Below the pieces are notes generated by a model. The model did not search any database. It was given only the letters and a program-made list of their open reading frames with translations, and was not told the DNA's origin. From NCBI GenBank assembly GCA_030390025.1, contig CM059432.1:13702001-13764000 (forward strand): a DNA stretch of 62,000 bases. The letters run 5' to 3'. Positions 27,163-41,748 of this stretch are shown in pieces. Numbering within the stretch: position 1 is the first letter of the stretch; every line of letters starts with the position of its first letter. This DNA is from Squalus acanthias. Lineage: Eukaryota. The position numbers and the translations under genes are program-made.

Positions 27163-28673
27163 CATTGGAGTCCATTATTAAGGAAACAGTAACAGGACAT
27201 TTGGATAATCATAATTTAATAGGACAAAGTCAGCATGGTTTTACGAAGGGGAAGTCATGTTTGACAAATTTGCTGGAGTTCTTTGAGGAAGTAACATATA
27301 GAGTGGATAAAGGGGAACCAGTGGACGTAGTGTATTTAGACTTCCAAAAGGCATTTGACAAGGTGCCACACAAAAGATTATTGCTTAAGGTAAAAAATCA
27401 CGGGATTGGGGGTAATATTCTGGCATGGATAGAGGATTGGCTATCTAACAGAAAGCAAAGAGTTGGGATAAATGGTTCATTCTCAGACTGGCAATCAGTA
27501 ACTAGTGGTGTTCCACAGGGGTCAGTGCTGGGTCCCCAACTCTTCACAATCTATATTAACGATTTGGAGGAAGGGACCAAGTGTAACATATCAAAATTTG
27601 CAGATGATACAAAGATGGGAGGGAAAGTAGTGAGTGAGGAGGACATAAAAAACCTGCAAGGGGACATAGACAGGCTAAGTAAGTGGGCAGAGATTTGGCA
27701 GATGGAATACAACACTGGAAAGTGTGAGGTGATGCACTTTGGCAGGAAAAATCCTAGAGCAATTTATTATCTTAATGGCAAGAAACTGGAGAGTACTGAA
27801 GTGCAAAGGGATCTGGGGGTCCTGGTGCACGAAACTCAAAAGGTTAGTATGCAGGTGCAGCAAGTGATTAAGAAGGCAAATGGAATGTTGGCTTTCATTG
27901 CTAGGGGGATAGAATATAAAAATAGGGAGGTATTGCTTCAGTTGTACAAGGTATTGGTGAGACCGCACCTGGAATACTGCATACAGTTTTGGTGTCCTTA
28001 CTTAAGGAAAGACATCCTTGCTCTCGAGGCAGTGCAAAAAAGGTTCACTCGGTTAATCCCGGGGATGAGGGGGTGGTCATATGAGGAGAGGTTGGGTAGA
28101 TTGGGACTCTACTCATTGGAGTTCAGAAGAATGAGAGGCGATCTTATTGAAACATATAAGATTGTGAAGGGGTTGGATCGGGTGGATGCGGGGAGGATGT
28201 TCCCGATGACGGGTGAGACGACAACTAGGGGACATAGTCTTAGAATAAGGGGCTGCTCTTTCAAAACTGAGATGAGGAGGAACTACTTCACTCAGAGGGT
28301 GGTAGGTCCATGGAATATGCTGCCACAAAAAGCTGTAGAAGCTACAACATTAATTAAATTTAAAACAGAAATAGACAGTTTCCTAGAAGTAAAGGGCATT
28401 AAGGGTTACGGGGAGCGGGCAGGAATTTGGACATGAGTCTAGGTTCGGATCGGTCATGGCCCTGTGGGTAGTGGAGCGGGCCCAGGGACTGTGTAGCCTG
28501 ATTCTGCTCCTATTTCGTGTGTGCAATTCTGTTAGATGCAGGAGATGGTTCTGTGATAGATAGTAGATTGGCGGTTAGGATCAGATCAGCCATGATCTTA
28601 TTGAATGGCGGAGCAGGCTCGAGGGGCCGATTGGCCTACTCCTGCTCCTATTTCTTATGTTCTTATGTTCTTA
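27163..28673 (+). mobile_element. Young CR1 LINE, 5'-truncated, with uninterrupted RT/C-terminal frame (ORF 27114-28436)
   Basis: QHGF, LDFQKAFDKVPH, GVPQGSVLGP and KFADD motifs with no stop up to the natural C-terminus GYGERAGIW; (ttcttatg)n tail. Confidence 0.96.
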
Positions 28674-29137
28674 TTTGCAGAGGAGGCAAGGTTAGACTTT
28701 GGAAAATTCTAATTGGAGCTCTATTTAAGAGCATAACAATTGGGTGCCAAAAGGATTGTATTTATTGGGAAATTGAATGACTCACAATAAATTTGATGTA
28801 TAGAGCTACACCAGTCTGATTTCTGACAAGCTATAAATCTCAAACATTTCAATCAATCATTGTCATATTGTTAAAACACAGCTTGCAATGGAGCAAAAGA
28901 AAGACATTTAATTTCACATCCAGTACTGTACTTTGTAAAGCGATGTTAGTTTTAATATAGCGACCCATCTGAAAAACTGAACAGATTTAATAAACTGTAT
29001 GCATTAATTTGGGTCAGAGAATACATTTTCCCCAATACTTGTTGAATTTCAGTTCAAAATTCAAATTATTTTAAGAGTGGAAGAAGGAGATATAAAAAGA
29101 AAAAGAGAATACAAAAACTAGAAATTTTGGAGACACA

Positions 29138-29335
29138 GGTGTAACTTTATGACTGCACTTCCAGTAGGAAGCTACGCTGGCTGGGAGTGTACATGGGAAA
29201 TTTAGGAACATTCTATGCATGGTTTTCCCGATCATTAAATGGTTGGAAAATCATGCACATGTGCCTGAATTTCTAATATGCACAGCCAGCAAGCAAAGCT
29301 CCTTGCCATAAGTGCCTGGTCTTAAAAGGACCCCC
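29138..29335. repeat. Old imperfect palindrome, probably a decayed MITE
   Basis: Nested inverted pairs gcactt/aagtgc, gctggctg/cagccagc, gaaatttagg/cctgaatttc and tgcatggttttcc/ggaaaatcatgca. Confidence 0.55.
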
Positions 29336-30301
29336 ATATGTGGCTAAAGCTATACTTGATGTAATAACAAGTGATACTAATTCTGGGTACTCAAAGGTGG
29401 AAAATTATATTACTGAGATTAACATCCCTCACCTTAATAAGTACCCACTCCCACCACCTCCCCACCCCCACCCCACAAAAAAAGATGTTTTCTACTTTTC
29501 ACAGCATGCTTCAACCAAACTATACTTGACTAATTCTGGTTGCATTGATCTCACTATATAGATTTTACCACATCTTTGCTTATTAATACAGAAATTTCAG
29601 AACTAAGATTTTCAAGCTGTATCATTTTTGTGAAACACATTTGGCAACTTTTGTAGTTCACTGTAACCTTCTCACAAGTTGAGAATCAAGGTTTCAGAGC
29701 CTAGTCACAGAAACTGCACCAAGATGGTTTCCCTGCCGAGCATGAGCGCAGTAACGGTTTGTTAAAATGTCAAGTGAACAAATTGTTTTTACTGAAATTA
29801 AATATGGAGGAAGTACTTTTCAATCAACATTAGAGGATAAGCTCCTGCAAGGCATTGCTCTGAAGGTTCTTTTGGCACCTATTCCAAACATTCTTTTATG
29901 TTTACCTTTTATTTATAATGATCTTCCTCTGATGTATTTCTCCTCCCCCACCAGTGTTTCCTGCCCAAGTTTCTCAATTGCTTTATTTCTAGATGAGATT
30001 GAACTGTATCTTACTGTATAGATGTTTAATTATTTTCATATTTCTTTAAACCACTAACAAAACTGGCCCATCTATTCCAAATCAACTGTAGTTCACAGAT
30101 ATGACAGCACAGCAAGTCTGTATCCTATACTATGCCATGGACTGTCTCTAAAATAGAGTTGAAATGCACATCTTTCACATTTAAAATGGCAGCGTTATTA
30201 AGGTAAAAAAAAAAAGTGTACGAAACAGGGAATATCCATTTCTCCCTTGTTCCAACTCCTTACAAAAGACCATGCAAAATTTACACCATTATGGACCTTC
30301 C

Positions 30302-31633
30302 ATAAGAAATAGGAGCAGGAGTAGGCCATTCGGCCCTTCGAGCCTGCTCCGCCATTCAATGAGATCATGTCTGATCTTCTGCCTCAACTCCATTCACCGG
30401 CCCTATCGCCATATCTCTTGATGCCCTTACTAGTCAGAAATCTATCGACTTCTGTTTTGAATATACCCAATGACTGAGCCTCCACAGCCCTCTGGGGTAG
30501 AGAATTCCAAAGATCCACCACCCTGTGTGTGAAGAAATTTCTTCTCATCTCAGTCCTGAATGGCCTACTCTTTATCCTGAGGCTGTGGCCCCTGGTTCTG
30601 GACTCCCCAGCTCAGGGAAACATTCTCCCAGCATCCATCCCATCAAGCCCTGTAATAATTTTGTATGCTTCAATGAGATCCCCTCTCATTCTTCTGAATT
30701 CAAGAGAATACAGGCCTAGTTTACTCAATCTCTTCTCATACGACAGTCCCGCCATCCCAGGAATCAATCTCGTGAACTTTCGTTGCACTCCCTCTATGGC
30801 AAGTATATCCTTCCTTAGGTAAGGGGACCAAAATTGTACACAGTACTCCAGGTGTGGTCTCACCAAGGCCCTATATAATTGGAGTAAGACTTCTTTACTC
30901 CTGTACTCAAATCCTCTTGTAATGAAGGCCAGCATGCCATTTGCCTTCCTAATGGCTTGCTGCACCTGCACATTCACTTTCAGTGACTCATGTACAAGGA
31001 CACCCAGGTTCCTTTGAGCATCTGCATTCCCCAATCTTTCACCATTTAGGAAACACTCTGCCTTTCTGTTTTTTCTACCAAAGTGGATAACTTCACATTT
31101 ATCCACATTATATTCCATCTGCCAGGTTCTCGCCCATTCACTGAGCCTGTCGAGATCCCCTTGAAGCCTCTTCACATCCTCTTCGCAACCGACACTGCCA
31201 CCTAGCTTTGTATCATCAGCAAATTTGGAAATGTTACATTTAGTCCCCTCATCCAAATCATTGATATAGATTGTGAATAGCTGGGGCCCAAGCACCGACC
31301 CTTGCGGTACCCCACTAGTCATAGCCTGCCATCCTGAAAAAGACCCGTTTATCCCTACTCTTTGTTTTCTGTCTCTTAACCAATTCTCAATCCATGCTAG
31401 TATATTACCCCCAATTCCATGTGCCCTAATTTTGTTCACCAACCTCTTGTGTGGGACCTTATCGAAGGCCTTCTGAAAATCCAGATACACCACATCTACC
31501 GGTTCCTCTTTGTCTACTCCACCAGTTACATCCTCAAAGAACTCCAATAGGTTTGTCAAACAGGATTTCCCTTTCATAAATCCATGTTGACTCTGCCCAA
31601 TCTTATTAGTTTTTAAGTGCCCAGTTATTCCCA
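30302..31633 (-). mobile_element. CR1 LINE 3' portion (340-codon RT frame)
   Basis: ORF 31634-30612 with the full run of CR1 RT motifs including KFADD; premature stop near the C-terminus; cataagaaataggagcagg tail. Confidence 0.95.
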
Positions 31634-32274
31634 ATGTATTTAATCTTCTGGCAAGACAGGTAAATAGAGGCTACACAAAAATTTCGCAACTCCCCCAGTA
31701 GATAGCTAAGGAAAGGTCCAGAACATTTAAGCAACTCTAAAACATACAATATTGGTGGCCCCTATTCCAAAGAGGGGTGCTCCTCCCAGCATATAGGCAA
31801 GTCAATATGGTATATTCCAAAGATGATCTTTCTCGATAAATTGGATAAAGTCCATGGTCCCAGCAACACAAGAACCAGTCACCCACAGGCTATTTGATCA
31901 TCTACAGCTTAGTTTATTCTTACAATTGTCCATTTGTTCTTAAATGGATATGTCTCCAACTTTCTTTTTGGAAAAGGAGTCTGTCAAAGTAACTAATTAC
32001 ATCAGTTGAGAATCTATTCCTCAAATAATCTATTCTGTGGCAAAACAAGTTCCTTTTAATTTTTAGTCTTGCTTGAGGCTTGCTAAATGCTGTAGTCATC
32101 CTCTAGTTCTATGCTAAAAGTTAGTTCTCCCATGAAAACAATGAGTTCTGTGATAATTTACTCCTAATGGCAAAATGATCTTGTTGCGCCTCTCCGAGGC
32201 CTCCCCAATATTCTAAATTTGTCATAACCAATGAGTCGCAGAGGGTCTTTTGTTATTAGGAAAAAAGCATATTA

Positions 32275-32632
32275 CGGGGCGATATAATAGAAGCGTTTAA
32301 AGGATGGGACAGGGTACATAGAAGCAGACTGTTTCCAATAGTTGAGGGGTCATGGATATAAGATTAAATGCAAGAGATTTAGAACTGAGGGCAGGAGAAA
32401 CTTCTTCTCACAGAGTGGAGGCTGTGGAATTCACTTCCAGGGTTAGTGGTTCAGACAGAAAACATATCAACATTCAAGATAGGTGGATGAAGGAAAATGG
32501 GTTGAAGGGGTCTGGGAACAGGGTGGGTAAATGTGATTAGAACGATTTGCTCACATGGAGGGTAAACACCGACATGGACTGGTTGGGCCGAATGGCCTGT
32601 TTCCGTGTTGCAACTTCTATGTATTTCTATGG
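32275..32632 (+). mobile_element. Old CR1 3' end
   Basis: ggcgatataatagaagcgtttaa...aacttcttctcacagag...gggccgaatggcctgtt...ttctatg. Confidence 0.75.
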
Positions 32633-34984
32633 TTAAATAACCTGTTTCAACTTATCATCAAAGATACCCGAGATATATTTAGAGGGTAGGGAATAATGGA
32701 ACCAATGTAGGGGAGCAGAAAAGGAGAATAGGGGGAAAAAAAAAGAAGAGGTGGAGGACAGAAAGAGGGGAGAAGACAGTGGGAGGGAGAGAGAAAAGGA
32801 GTGCTGAGGAAGGGGAATTCAGATTAGTGAGGGTAGGAAAATTGAGATTTGGGCCAACCATCGAGAGAGGGAAATACAGCCAGTAGTGGTATGTGTGCTT
32901 TGGGTAGGTAATGCAATTGGGGGAGGGTTAACTGTAAAAGGGGAAATGAAGCAGGGTAGGACAGTCTGTAAGGAAAAAATGCAGCATGTAGGGGTTGGGG
33001 GAAAAAGGGATTGGCATCTAGTGGAGAGGGTGATTTTGACGGGGAGATGCAGTCAGCAATGGACTAATGGGAATTTGAGCCAATGGGGTGATTATTCGTA
33101 CTGGGAAAGTGAACATCTGTTTGCACTTTCTGCCCTCAGTGTCAAGGACAAGATGAGGTGTATCCTGGTCAGTTTCCCTTCATTTGCCCATGTAGTTTCA
33201 AGTAACATTTATTAACAGCTTTGCAGAGAATTTAGGACAGACCTTGAATAATTCCACCAGTCATTATCCCCAGACAAAGCCTGTTGATTGATCACTCTGT
33301 GCTTTCTATTGCCAGACTAGTTTTCAATCCAGCTGGATAATTTCAGGGGACTTAATCTCCTTTGAAAGCTCTGGATGTGGAACTTTATTATATGCCTTCT
33401 AAACCGCCAAGTAAATTGTATCCACTGGATAGTCCTCAAAAACTACTTTTGACACCTCATCAAAGAGCTCCAGTAAATTATTAAGGCTCAACTTGTTTTG
33501 AATATTATGCTGAGCATTCCTTATGGTCTCTATGCTTTAAAAAAAGAAAAAAATTGCATATTGCACCACTACTAATATTGGATTAACAGATCTATAATTC
33601 TTGATTCAATTGTTGTTCGCTCTTTGATTACTAAGATAATTTTCGCTATTCTCCAGTTCAAGTTCAGCACTCATTTATGGAGCTCCTAAAAATATTAACC
33701 ACAGCCACACTCATTTTCTTAAAAATTTAAAGGACCACCACCTCTGGTCAAAATACAATGTTTACATTCATAGCAACTCAAGCCACAATGTAAATCTGTT
33801 GTATCAGCTTTCAGCATCGTACAGACTATAACCTGAAACTTAAGGCTCTTCTCATGAGAAAATGTCTCAGAGCACTCAACAAGATAAGGAAAATAAAAGG
33901 AAGGAACTTCAGTTATGGTGGCGGGGATTGGCAGAAAGGGATTTTTAAAGAGGCATCTGAAGGCAGGGCAATGTGGTTTTAGGAGAGCATCCCAAAGAGC
34001 TGGTGCAAAGTGATTAAAAGAATGGCCTCCAAAGGTGGCACAGAGGGAACAGAAGAATAATCAGCAATCCATGTCAGGAGGAGAGGAAGGTGCATACAGG
34101 AACATACGAGTGAAGAAGATTGCTCAGATTGGATAGAATAAGGCTGTGCAGCGATCTGCAAACAAGGACAAAGATCTTGAAGTTGGTCTTCTTTAAAACC
34201 AAAATTAATTAAGAGAAACTAAAACAATTAACAATTTTTTTTTTTAAAAAAGGCAGCACCACACCTAGATTAACTTCCACATTTTTAATAATCGGAAGCC
34301 CTTAAAATCATTACTCTCAATTGCATAAATTGGTAGGTTGTTTGGGAAAATGAAGAGGAACTGTAAACGTTGCAACAGTAGATAATAATAGATTATAAAT
34401 GTTACACAGATGACAATGGATGAATCAGAGTAGGTTACAACGCAATAACCTAAACTGATGCAGAATCTTCAAGAACACTGGAGTTTCTCATATGATTAAT
34501 TACAAAGGAATTCACCATCCTTTAAATCATACAAAGGGAGATAGGTGATACACTTACTGGTTCTCAGCCCTCTCCACTACCATGGTGTAGGCTTTCAACT
34601 GCTGATTAAACACAACCCTGGACAAACATTTTGTGCAGAACATCACCTGACATGACTTCACAAAATTCTGGTTTAGTATCAGGACAAGTGATCATTGTAC
34701 ACTAACCCCATTTACGGGTTTCATTGAACTGGAACTTCATAAAGGTCAAGGGCACTGCTGGACATAACATCTGCTGCCTTGATCTATAGTTTAAAAAATA
34801 AAACAGTGGCGACTGAGACAGGTTGGTTGTTTGCATTGGCAACATTTAATATTTAGTGATCGGTCAGTATACTAATCTGCCTTTTAACAAGCTGCACAGA
34901 GGACTGGGAGAGACAGTTAGAGTTAGAAATAATACAGAATTAGGTGGGATCATAGAAAATACAAAGAGGTCTAAGTTAGGTTTG

Positions 34985-37900
34985 AGTGCATGTGCATAAA
35001 GTTGGTGAGCTGCAGGTGCAAATAGTCACATGGGAATATAATGTAGTGGCAATATCTGAGACCTGGCTCAAAAAAGGGAGGATTGGCTGCTTAATATTCC
35101 TGGGTACAAGTTATTCAGAAAAGATAGGGAAGGGAAAAAAAAAGCAGTGGTAGCAGTTTTGATTAAGGAAAATATTACAGTGCTAGAGAGAATGTCCTTG
35201 AAAGACAACATTTATTTGGTTGGAGTTAAGAAACAATAAAGGAGCTATTACATTACTTGGTGTATTTTATAGGCCACCAAATAGTGGGATGGAGATAGAG
35301 GAGCAGATTTGCAAAGAAATTACTGAGAGGTGCAAGAACTAAAGAGTAGTGATAATGGGAGTCTTTAACTACCTCAATATTGAATGGGGCAGTGATTGTG
35401 TTAAGGGTAGAGAAAGGGAGGAATTTCTGAAGTGTGTTCAGGAGAATTTTCTTGATCAGTATGTTTCCTGCCCAACAAGGAAGGAGCCATTGCTGGATCT
35501 AGTCCTGGGAAATGAAGTGGTTCAAGTGGAGAATGTCAGTTGGGGAGCATCTCGGGAATAGTGATCATAATATCGTACGGTTTAGATTAGTTATGGAGAA
35601 GGACAAGGAACAATCAGAATAAAAATACTTAACAGGAGGGGGGCTAATTTCAGCAAATTGAGGAGGGATCTGGCCCAGGTAAATTGGAGTCAAAGACTGG
35701 CAGGCAGAAAAGTAATGGCGCAATGGGCGGCCTTTAAAGAGGAGATGGTTCGGGTACAGTCTAGGTACATTCTCACAAGGGGGAAAGGGAGGACAACCAA
35801 AGCAAGAGCTTCCTGGATGACAAAGGAGTTAGAGAGTAGGATGAAGCAGTAAAAGGGGCATATGACAGATGTTAACTTGATAATACAAGGGAGAATCAGG
35901 CTGAATATAAACAGTACACAAAAGTGAAAAAGGAAATAAGAGGAGCAAAGAAACAGTACGAGAATAAATTGGTGACTAATATAAAAGGGACTCCAAAGGT
36001 CTTCTATACACATTAACAGTAAAAAGGTTGCTATAGGAGCGGTGGGGCCGATTAGGGACCAAAAGGGAGATCTTTTGGCGGAGGCAAAAGGGATGGCTGA
36101 GGTACTAAATGAGTACTTTGCATCGGTGTTTACCAAAGAAGGGGACATTGGCAAACAAGGAGGTTGCCGGGATATTGGATGAGATAAAAATAGATAAAGA
36201 GAAGATACTAGAAAGGCTGGCAGTATTTAAAGTGGATAAGTTACCAGGTCCGGATGGAATGATCCTAGGTTGCGGAGGGAATGGTAAAAATTGTGGAATC
36301 TTCCAATCCTCCTTAGACACAAGGGTGTTGCCAGAGTACTGGAGGATTGCAAATGTTACACCCTTGTTCAAAAAGGGGAGAAGGATAAACCTGGCAATTA
36401 CAGGCCAGTAAGATTTAACGTCAATGGTGGGGAAGCTTTTAGAAACAATAATTCGGGAGAAAATTGCCACTTGGACAAGTATGGAATAATAAAGGACAGC
36501 CAGCATGGATTTGATAAAGGCAAATCATGTTTGACTAACTTGATTGAGGTTTTTTTGATGAAGTAACAGAGGGTGGATGAGGACAAAGCGTTTGATATTG
36601 TGTATATGAACTTTCAAAAGGCAGTTGATAAAATACTACATTTTAGGCTTGCTAGCAAAATTGAAGCCCATGGGATAAAAGGGGCAGTAGCAGAAAGGAT
36701 ACAAGATTGACTAAGGGATAGAAAACAGACAGCTGTGGTGAATGGCTGTTTTCAGACTGGAGGGTGCTATACAGTGAAGTTCCCCAAGGTTCAGTACTAG
36801 GACCACTGCGATACATTAATGTCTTGGACTTGGGGGTACAGGGCACAATTTCAAAATTTGCAAATGACACAGAACTCGGAAGTGTAGTAAACAGTGAGGA
36901 AGATAGTAATAGACTTCAAGGGGACAGACAGGCTGGTGGAATGAGTGGGCACATGGCAGATGAAATTCAACACAGAAGAGAGGTGATACATTTTGGTAGG
37001 AAGAATGAGGAGAGATAATACAAGCTAAATGGTATAATTTTAAAGGGGGTGCAAGAACAGAGACCTGGGGTGTTTGTGCACAAATCTTTGAAGGTGGTAG
37101 GACATGTTAAAACAGTTAATAAAGCATATGGGATCCTGGGCTTTATAAATAGAGGCATCGAGTGCAAAAGCCAGGAGGTTATACTAAACCTATGTAAAAC
37201 ACTAGTTTGGCCCCAGCTGGAGTATTGTGTCCAATTCTAGACACCACACTTTAGGAAGGACGTCAATGTTTTGGAGAGGGTACAGAAGAGATTTACTAGA
37301 ATGGTTCCAGGGATGAGGGATTACAGCTACGTGGATAGACTAGAGAAGCTGGGGTTGTTCTCCTTAGAGCGGAGGAGGCTAAGAGGAGATTTGATAGAGG
37401 TGTTTAAAATCATGAAGGGTTTAGATAGAGTAAATAAAGAGAAACTGTTTCCAATGGCTGATGGGTCAATAACTAGAGGGCACAGATTTAAGGCAATTGT
37501 CCAAAGAACCAGAGGCGACCTGAGGAAAAACTTTTTTTTACGAACGAGTGGTTAGGATTTGGAATGCACTGCCTGATAGGGTGGTGGATACAGATTCAAT
37601 AGCAGCCTTCAAAACAAAATTGGATAAACACCTGAAAGAGAAAAAAATTACAGGGATATGGGGAAAGAGCAGGGGAGTGGAACAAAGTGGATTGCTCTTT
37701 GAAACATAGAAAAATAGGAGCAGGAGTAGGCCATTCGGCCCTTCGAGCCTGCTCCGCCATTCAATATCATGGCTGATCCTCTATCGCAAAACCATATACC
37801 CGCTCTCTCCCCATACCCCTTGATGCCTTATGTGTCAAGAAATCTATCCATCTCCTTCTTAAATATATTCAGTGACTTGGCCTCCACAGTCTTCTGTGGT

Positions 37901-39705
37901 AGAGAATTCCACAGGTTCACCACCCTCTGAGTGAAGAAATTTCTCCTCATCTCAGTCCTAAATGTCCTACCCCGTATCCTGAGACTGTGACCCCCCAGCC
38001 AGGGGAAACATCCTCCCTGCATCCAGTCTGTCTAGCCCGGTCAGAATTTTATACGTTTCAATGAGATCCCCTCTCATTCTTCTAAACTCGTGAATACAGG
38101 CCTAGTCGACCCAATCGCTCCTCATACGACAGTCCTGCCATCCCAGGAATCAGTCTGGTGAACCTTCGCTGCACTCCCTCTATGGCAAGTATATCCTTTC
38201 TTAGGTAAGGAGACCAAAACTGCACACAGTACTCCAGGTGTGGTCTCACCAAGGCCCTGTACAACTGTAGTAAGACATCCTTGCTCCTGTACTCAAATCC
38301 TCTTGCAAGGAAGGCCAACGTACCATTTGCCTTCCTAACTGCTTGCTGCACCTGCATGTTTGCTTTCAGTGACTGGTGTACAAGGACACCCAGGTCCCTC
38401 TGTACATCAGCATTTCCCAATCTATCACCATTTAAATAATACTCTGCCTTTCCGTTTTTCCTACCGAAGTGGATAACTTCACATTTATCCACGTTATACT
38501 GCATCTGCCATGTATTTGCCCACTCACTCAACTTGTCTAAATCGCCTTGAAGCCTCTTTGCATCCTCCTCACAACTCTCAATCCCACCTAGTTTCGAGTC
38601 GTCAGCAAACTTGGAAATATTACATTTGGTTCCCTCATCCAAATCATTGATATATATTGTGAATAGCTGGGGCCCAAGCACTGATCCCTGCGGTACCCCA
38701 CTGGTCACCGCCTGCCACCCCGAAAAAGACCCATTTATTCCTACTCTGTTTCCTGTCTGTTAACCAATTTTCAATCCATGTCAATAGATTACCCCAATCC
38801 CATGTGCTTTAATTTTGCTCACTAACCTCTTATGTGGGACTTTATCAAAGGCCTTCTGAAAATCCAAATACACCACATCCACTGGTTCTCCCTGATCTAT
38901 TCTACCAGTTACATCCTCAAAAAACTCCAGTAGGTTTGTCAAACACGATTTCCCTTTCATAAATCCATGTTGACTTTGTCTAATCCCGTTGATATTTTCT
39001 AAGTGTCCTGTTATCACATCCTTTATAATAGACTCTAGCATTTTCCCTACTACTGATGTTAGGCTAACCGGTCTGTAGTTCCCTGTTTTCTCTCTCCCTC
39101 CTCTTTTAAATAGTGGGGTTACATTTGCCACCCTCCAATCTGCAGGAACTGTTCCATAATCTATAGAATTTTGGCAGAGGACAACCAATGCATCCACTAT
39201 TTCCATGGCTACCTCTTTTAGTTCTCGGAGATGCAGATTATCAGGCCCTGGGGATTTATCAGCTTTCAGTCCCATTAATTTCTCCAGCACTATTTTTTTT
39301 TTACTAATACTAATTTCCTTTAATTCCTCCTTCTCACTAAACCCTTGGTTCCCTAGCATTTCTGAGAAGTTATTTGTGTCTCTTCCGTGAAGACACAACC
39401 AAAGTATTTGTTTAATTGCACTGCCATTTCCTTATTCCCCATTATAAATTCTCCCGTTTCTGACTGTAAGGGACCTACTTTTGTCTTCACTAATCTTTTT
39501 CTTTTTACATACTTGTAGAAGCTTTTACAATCTGCTTTTATGTTCCTTGTAAGTTTACTCTCATACTCTATTTTTCCCCTCTTAATTAATCTCTTGGTCC
39601 TTTTTTGCTGAACTCTAAACTGCTCCCAATCCTCAGAAAGAGCTGGCGCAGACTCAATGGGCCGAATAGTCTCCTTCTGTGCTTTACTATTCTATGATTC
39701 TATGA
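34985..39705 (+). mobile_element. Near full-length degenerate CR1 ORF2 (APE endonuclease + RT), interrupted at 37705-39635
   Basis: ETWL, YRPP, IMG.FN, LDLVL and SDH endonuclease motifs from about 35040; RT motifs at 36200-37550; the 3' UTR resumes at 39636 and ends ttctatgattctatga at 39705; many frameshifts. Confidence 0.9.
37705..39635 (-). mobile_element. Younger CR1 nested in the 3' UTR of the older CR1
   Basis: ORFs 39398-38781, 38708-38082 and 38022-37828; host sequence gaaa duplicated at 37701-37704 and 39636-39639. Confidence 0.93.
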
Positions 39706-41337
39706 AATAGACCAGAAGGCATGCCTGAGAGAGGGGCATTTCTGTGTGCTTGTGCATGTGTTGGAGAGGTGCACAGTGAAGGCATTTCTAACACATCATG
39801 GGTAACTTTAGCAATTTTTGTTTTTAATATTTTTATGTTTAAAATTTTACTTTTATGGGTTATCTAATTGAGTGAGGTGGGAACCAACGTGGACGGTCAA
39901 AACAGTATGGGAAATAAATGACAGCAATTTTATTGGTTGCTTTGTGGTGTTTGCAAGTTGTTCATTGGCTAGTGTCAAATTAGTTTCACAAATCTATGAG
40001 TTTAAAAAAATAATCAATCAGGCACTTGAGCCAATCACCTTGACTCCCACCCTATGGGCATGGCACACATTTTCCCACAAACTATAGTCATTTTTTGGCA
40101 TATGGATGCAAAACTTTTAATTATATATTGAAGATAGAGATTATATACACTAGTATGCACATTATAAAAACTCCCTGCTTTCTATACATTACAGTTTAGG
40201 CTACACATTACCATTAATATCTCACTCATGGTTCAGCGCACAATATGTTGGGTCACGCATATATTCTCCTGTCTCTACCAGACTGAAATGTCAAACATGA
40301 TTGACTACTGGATTATAAATCCTGTTCAGATTGCTATTAAATTACAGACATAAAATAGTTGGCAATGATAACCTCAGTAGAATTTGCTACTAAAATAACC
40401 ATGAGAGTGAAAGTAATATTTTGTGAAGTGAGTTCATAAGGTGGCAGTATGTGCTGAAAATCGATGGTTGATAATGATGTTAACATTATGCTTTCAGTTC
40501 GGTGTTTTTCTTGTAATGATTAAATTTAAGATTATTAAGATAAAGTTTTTACATGAAGATTTTTAGGCAGATCTGTACTTTGATAAACTTCCAAGGATTA
40601 TGTTGCAATTGTTGTGCCTGAAAGAAAACATTTTTACACCTCCCCAAACCACAATTCCTTTCGGGTCTGGTTATTTTGCATTCCAGAAGATGACAACCGT
40701 AAGTAATTGTAGCTAGTAGCTACCTCAGTAGTTACAACATTCTTTCTTTTGGGGCCTGCCCGAAAAAAATTGCAAATGAGTTCTTTATTGCATTAATGCA
40801 TTCATACTGTCACATTAGTAACTTCTCAAATAGTTCTTCATATGCTTTTAGCAGTGCTAAAAGAAAAATGGTCAAACAAATGTAAAAAATGAAAACGGTT
40901 ACACCTTTTTGAAAACAGCATGGATAAATAGATTAATTCTTTAAATATCTATTTATTGCTAAATGAGTCCTATTTAGTTGCCTGTTGAACAGACAAATTA
41001 CCATGGAATCAGAACAGTTTCTCCATATGCTGGGAGACATCCTGAGGACACAATAAGGTGCTATATTTTTGATTACGCCTCGGTCGAGTGCTTTGAGGCG
41101 TTTTTCTACAGGTGCTATATAAATGCAAGTCAAATTTTGTTCGTTTATAGGTATAACTTGCAGATATATACCAATACACAGAAAATCTACAATCTACCAT
41201 GGGCCCACGAATGACAATGGGGAGGGGGGGAAAGAGATGAAGTTCAGAAGAGGGAAGCTGAATGGATAGATCAGATTTAACTATTTCACACAAGAGTGTG
41301 GTGAATATTTGGGAGGCAATCAAGGGTGCATACATCA

Positions 41338-41748
<411 letters not shown>

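Noticed and set aside
27114..28436. 440-aa ORF as a host gene or autonomous element
   Set aside because: It is a 5'-truncated CR1 ORF2 with no endonuclease, ORF1 or real ATG start (the track start is TTG in flanking DNA).
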